Source of the DNA: Minutocellus sp. GHC0000111
Taxonomy: Eukaryota
DNA: 64,000 nt
Direction of reading: 5' to 3'
Assembly (NCBI GenBank): GCA_977018835.1
Contig: OZ361257.1
Location: 4,526,001 to 4,590,000, forward strand
In this document: positions 59,101 to 64,000 of the stretch, one piece after another
Layout: every line of letters begins with the position of its first letter
Position numbering within the stretch: position 1 is the stretch's first letter
Program-made: the position numbers and the translations under genes
Notes under the pieces: generated by a model
Databases searched by the model: none
What the model was told of the DNA's origin: nothing
What the model saw: only the letters and a program-made list of their open reading frames with translations

Positions 59101-62100
59101 AACGCTGCTGGCGACACCCACACCACCCACAAAGATGAGTGCTTTGGCTGCAGTGCAACCACAGGACACTGCTCACCACATGCATTCCTTGCTGCTCTCA
59201 CAAGGCAATGAATGGAACATAAGCTTTGGTAGAGATCAGGGTGCTCCTATGGTCAAATGTGAGTTGATCCAGTTAGGACAGCCCTAACTTTCCCAACGCT
59301 GCTGGCGACGCCCACACCACCCACAAAGATGCGTGCTTTGGCTGCAGTGCAATCACAGGACACTGCTCACCACATGCATTCCTTGCTGCTCTCACATGGC
59401 AATGAAGGAACATAAGCTTTGGTAGAGATCAGGGTGCTCCTATGGTCAAATGTGAGTTGCTCCAGTTAGGAGCGCCCTAGCTTTCCCAACGCTGCTGGCG
59501 ACACCCACACCACCCACAAAGATGCGTGCTTTGGCTGCAGTGCAATCACTGGACACTGCTCACCACATGCATTCCTTGCTGCTCTCACATGGCAATGAAT
59601 GGAACATAAGCTTTGGTAGAGATCAGGGTGCTCCTATGGTCAAATGTGAGTTGCCCCAGTTAGGAGCGCCCTAGTTGTCCCAACGCTGCTGCTGGCGACA
59701 ACCACGCCACACACAAAGATGAGTGCTTTGGCTGCAGTGCAATCACAGGACACTGCTCACCACATGCATTTCTTGCTGCTCTCACATTGTAATGAATGGA
59801 GCATAAGCTTTGGTAGAGATCAGGGTGCTCCTATGGTCAAACATGAGTTGCTCCAGTTAGGAGCGCCCTAGCTTTCCCAACGCTGCTGGTGACGCCCACA
59901 TCCCCCCCACAAAGATGCGTGCTCTGGCTGCAGTGCAACCACAGGACACTGCTCACCACATGCATTCCTTGCTGCTCTCATATGGCAATGAATGGAACAT
60001 AAGCTTTGGTAGAGATCAGGGTGCTGCTATGGTCAAATATGAGTTGCTCCAGTAATTAGCGCCCTGCTTTTCCCAACGCTGCTGGCGACGCCCACACCAC
60101 CCACAAAGATGAGTGCTTTGGCTGCAGTGCAATCACAGGACACTGCTCACCACATGCATTCCTTGCTGCTCTCACATGGCAATGAATGGAACATAAGCTT
60201 TGGTAGAGATCAGGGTGCTGCTATGGTCAAACATGAATTGCTCCAGTTAGGAGCGCCCTAGTTTTCCCAACGCTGCTGGCGACGCCCACACCACCCACAA
60301 AGATGCGTGCTTTGGCTGCAGTGCAATCACAGGACACTGCTCACCACATGCATTCCTTTCTGCTCTCACATGGCAATGAATGGAACATAAGCTTTGGTAG
60401 AGATCAGGGTGCTGCTATGGTCAAATGTGAGTTGCTCCAGTAAGGAGCGCCCTGCTTTTCCCAACGCTGCTGGCGACGCCCACACCACCCACAAAGATGC
60501 GTGCTTTGGCTGCAGTGCAATCACAGGACACTGCTCACCACATGCATTCCTTGCTGCTCTCACATGGCAATGAATGGAACATAAGCTTTGGTAGAGATCA
60601 GGGTGCTCCTATGGTCAAATGTGAGTTGCTCCAGTTAGGAGCGCCCCCTAGCTTTCCCAACGCTGCTGGCGACGCCCACACCACCCACAAAGATGCGTGC
60701 TTTGGCTGCAGTGCAATCACAGGACACTGCTCACCACATGCATTCCTTGCTGCTCTCACATGGCAATGAATGGAACATAAGCTTTGGAAGAGATCAGGGT
60801 GCTGCAATTGTCAAACATGAATTGCTCCAGTTAGGAGCGCCCTAGATAGTTTGTCCAACGCTGCTGGCGACGCCCACACCACCCACAAAGATGAGTGCTT
60901 TGGCTGCAGTGCAATCACTGGACACTGCTCACCACATGCATTCCTTGCTGCTCTCACATGGCAATGAATGGAACATAAGCTTTGGTAGATATCAGGGTGC
61001 TCCTATGGTCAAATGTGAGTTGCTCTAGTTAGGAGCGCCCTGCTTTTCCCAACGCTGCTGGCGACGCCCACACCACCCACAAAGATGAGTGCTTTGGCTG
61101 CAGTGCAATCACAGGACACTGCTCACCACATGCATTCCTTGCTGCTCTCACATGGCAATGAATGGAACATAAGCTTTGGTAGAGATCAGGGTGCTGCTAT
61201 GGTCAAACATGAATTGCTCCAGTTAGGCGCCCTAGATAGTTTTCCCAACGATGCTGGCGACGCCCACACCACCCACAAAGATGAGTGCTTTGGCTGCAGT
61301 GCAATCACAGGACACTGCTCACCACATGCATTCCTTGCTGCTCTCACATGGCAATGAATGGAACATAAGCTTTGGTAGAGATCAGGGTGCTCCTATGGTC
61401 AAACATGAATTGCTCCAGTTAGGAGCGCCCTAGATAGTTTGTCCAACGCTGCTGGCGACGCCCCCACCACCCACAAAGATGAGTGCTTTGGCTGCAGTGC
61501 AATCACAGGACACTGCTCAACACATGCATTCCTTGCTGCTCTCACATGGCAATGAATGGAACATAAGCTTTGGAAGAGATCAGGGTGCTGCTATGGTCAA
61601 ACATGAATTGCTCCAGTTAGGAGCGCCCTAGATAGTTTGTCCAACGCTGCTGGCGACGCCCCCACCACCCACAAAGATGAGTGCTTTGGCTGCAGTGCAA
61701 TCACAGGACACTGCTCACCACATGCATTCCTTGCTGCTCTCACATGGCAATGAATGGAACATAAGCTTTGGTAGAGATCAGGGTGCTCCTATGGTCAAAT
61801 GTGAGTTGCTCCAGTTAGGAGCGCCCTAGCTTTCCCAACGCTGCTGGCGACGCCCACACCACCCACAAAGATGCGTGCTTTGGCTGCAGTGCAATCACAG
61901 GACACTGCTCACCGCATGCATTCCTTGCTGCTCTCGCATGGCAATGAATGGAGCATAAGCTTTGGTAGAGATCAGGGTGCTCCCATTATTGATGTAAGTT
62001 GCTCCAGTTAGGAGCGCCCTAGTTTTCCCAATGCTGCTGGCGACGCCCACACCACCCACAAAGATGCGTGCTTTGTCTGCAGTGCAATCACAGGACACTG

Positions 62101-64000
62101 CTCACCACATGCATTCCTTGCTGCTCTCACATGGCAATGAATGGAACATAAGCTTTGGTAGAGATCAGGGTGCTGCTATGGTCAAATATGAGTTGCTCCA
62201 GTTAGGAGAGCCCTAACTTTCCCAACGCTGCTGGCGACGCCCACACCACCCACAAAGATATTTTTTTTGGCTGCAGTGCAATCACAGGACACTGCTCATC
62301 ACATGCATTCCTTGCTGCTCTCACATGGCAATGAATGGAACGTAAGCTTTGGTAGAGATCAGGGTGCTGCTATGGTCAAACATGAGTTGCTCCAGTTAGG
62401 AGCGCCCTGGCTTTCCCAACGCTGCTGGCGACGCCCACACCACCCACAAAGATGCGTGCTTTGGCTGCAGTGCAATCACAAGACACTGCTCACCACATGC
62501 ATTCCTTGCTGCTCTCACATGGCAATGAATGGAACATAAGCTTTGGTAGAGATCAGGGTGCTGCTATGGTCAAATGTGAGTTGCTCCGGTTAGGAGCGCC
62601 CTAGCTTTCCCAACGCTGCTNNNNNNNNNNNNNNNNNNNNNNNNNNNNNNNNNNNNNNNNNNNNNNNNNNNNNNNNNNNNNNNNNNNNNNNNNNNNNNNN
62701 NNNNNNNNNNNNNNNNNNNNNNNNNNNNNNNNNNNNNNNNNNNNNNNNNNNNNNNNNNNNNNNNNNNNNNNNNNNNNNNNNNNNNNNNNNNNNNNNNNNN
62801 NNNNNNNNNNNNNNNNNNNNATGTGAGTTGCTCTAGTTAGGAGCGCCCTGCTTTTCCCAACGCTGCTGGCGACGCCCACACCACCCACAAAGATGAGTGC
62901 TTTGGCTGCAGTGCAATCACAGGACACTGCTCACCACATGCATTCCTTGCTGCTCTCACATGGCAATGAATGGAACATAAGCTTTGGTAGAGATCAGGGT
63001 GCTGCTATGGTCAAACATGAATTGCTCCAGTTAGGAGCGCAATAGTTTTCCCAACGCTGCTGGCGACGCCCACACCACCCACAAAGATGAGTGCTTTGGC
63101 TGCAGTGCAATCACAGGACACTGCTCACCACATGCATTCCTTGCTGCTCTCACATGGCAATGAATGGAACATAAGCTTTGGTAGAGATCAGGGCACTCCT
63201 GTGGTCAAATGTGAGTTGCTCCAGTTAGGACAGCCCTAGTTTTCCCAACGCTGCTGGCGCCGCCCCCACCACCCACAAAGATGAGTGCTTTGGCTGCAGT
63301 GCAATCACAGGACACTGCTCACCACATGCATTCCTTGCTGCTCTCACATGGCAATGAATGGAACATAAGCTTTGGTAGAGATCAGGGTGCTCCTATGGTC
63401 AAATGTGAGTTGCTCCAGTTAGGACAGCCCTAACTTTCCCAACGCTGCTGGCGACGCCCACACCACCCACAAATATGCGTGCTTTGGCTGCAGTGCAATC
63501 ACAGGACACTGCTCACCACATGCATTCCTTGCTGCTCTCACATCGCAATGAATGGAACATAAGCTTTGGTAGAGATCAGGGTGCTGCTATGGTCAAATGT
63601 GAGTTGCTCCAGTTTGGAGAGCACTGATTTTCCCAACGCTGCTTGCTGGCGACTCCCCAACAACCCACAAAGATGAGTGCTTTGGCTGCAGTGCAATCAC
63701 AGGACACTGCTCACCACATGCATTCCTTGCTGCTCTCACATGGCAATGAATGGAACATAAGCTTTGGTAGAGATCAGGGTGCTCCTATGGTCAAATGTGA
63801 GTTGCTCCAGTTAGGACAGCCCTAACTTTCCCAACGCTGCTGGCGACGCCCACACCACCCACAAATATGAGTGCTTTGGCTGCAGTGCAATCACAGGACA
63901 CTGCTCACCACATGCATTCCTTGCTGCTCTCACATGGCAATGAATGGAACATAAGCTTTGGTAGAGATCAGGGTGCTCCTATTATTGATGTGAGTTGCTC
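56078..64000. repeat. 194-bp tandem satellite array (~40 monomers visible; continues past the window end)
   Basis: The HindIII site AAGCTT recurs every ~194 bp (e.g. 58081 and 58275). Monomers are nearly identical; variation is concentrated between ATGGTCAAA and CCACAAAGAT. Confidence 0.98.
62621..62820. other. assembly gap (200 N) inside the satellite
   Basis: Run of Ns. Confidence 0.99.

Noticed and set aside
56078..64000. CRISPR-like array or coding repeat
   Set aside because: No unique spacers; whole monomers repeat. The 194-bp unit is not a multiple of 3 and its short ORFs are interrupted by stops. No cas genes, and the context is eukaryotic.

Overview
Eukaryotic nuclear DNA, very probably a diatom or related photosynthetic stramenopile. 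The evidence is short GT-AG introns, bipartite ASAFAP-type plastid presequences, diatom-type HA-domain genes and a CoDi-like Copia remnant. Positions 1-52 kb are gene-dense: Hrq1/RecQ4-like helicase, BBE-like FAD oxidase, plastid bestrophin-like channel, OTU deubiquitinase, membrane-anchored alkaline-phosphatase-superfamily protein, plastid beta-propeller GH-like protein, chlP, a Cys-rich repeat protein, GT49 glycosyltransferase, HA-domain protein, a DEP-DEP-DUF924 fusion, a KEA-type K+/H+ antiporter, VAP and two SAP-domain paralogues. Many genes carry 1-2 nt frameshifts or are fragments, from either assembly indels or decay. From 54.2 kb there is a small non-autonomous Copia-derived LTR element on the minus strand (candidate PBS, RNase H tail, PPT, ~0.4 kb 3' LTR). 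Its 5' LTR appears to run directly into a >7.7 kb array of a 194-bp satellite with a 1920-bp higher-order duplication. The element and satellite show a TpA->CpA/TpG mutational signature. An intronless 540-aa Cys/His-rich orphan gene with a possibly methyltransferase-like C-terminus lies just downstream of the 3' LTR. All family assignments are from motif recognition by eye; no searches were run.
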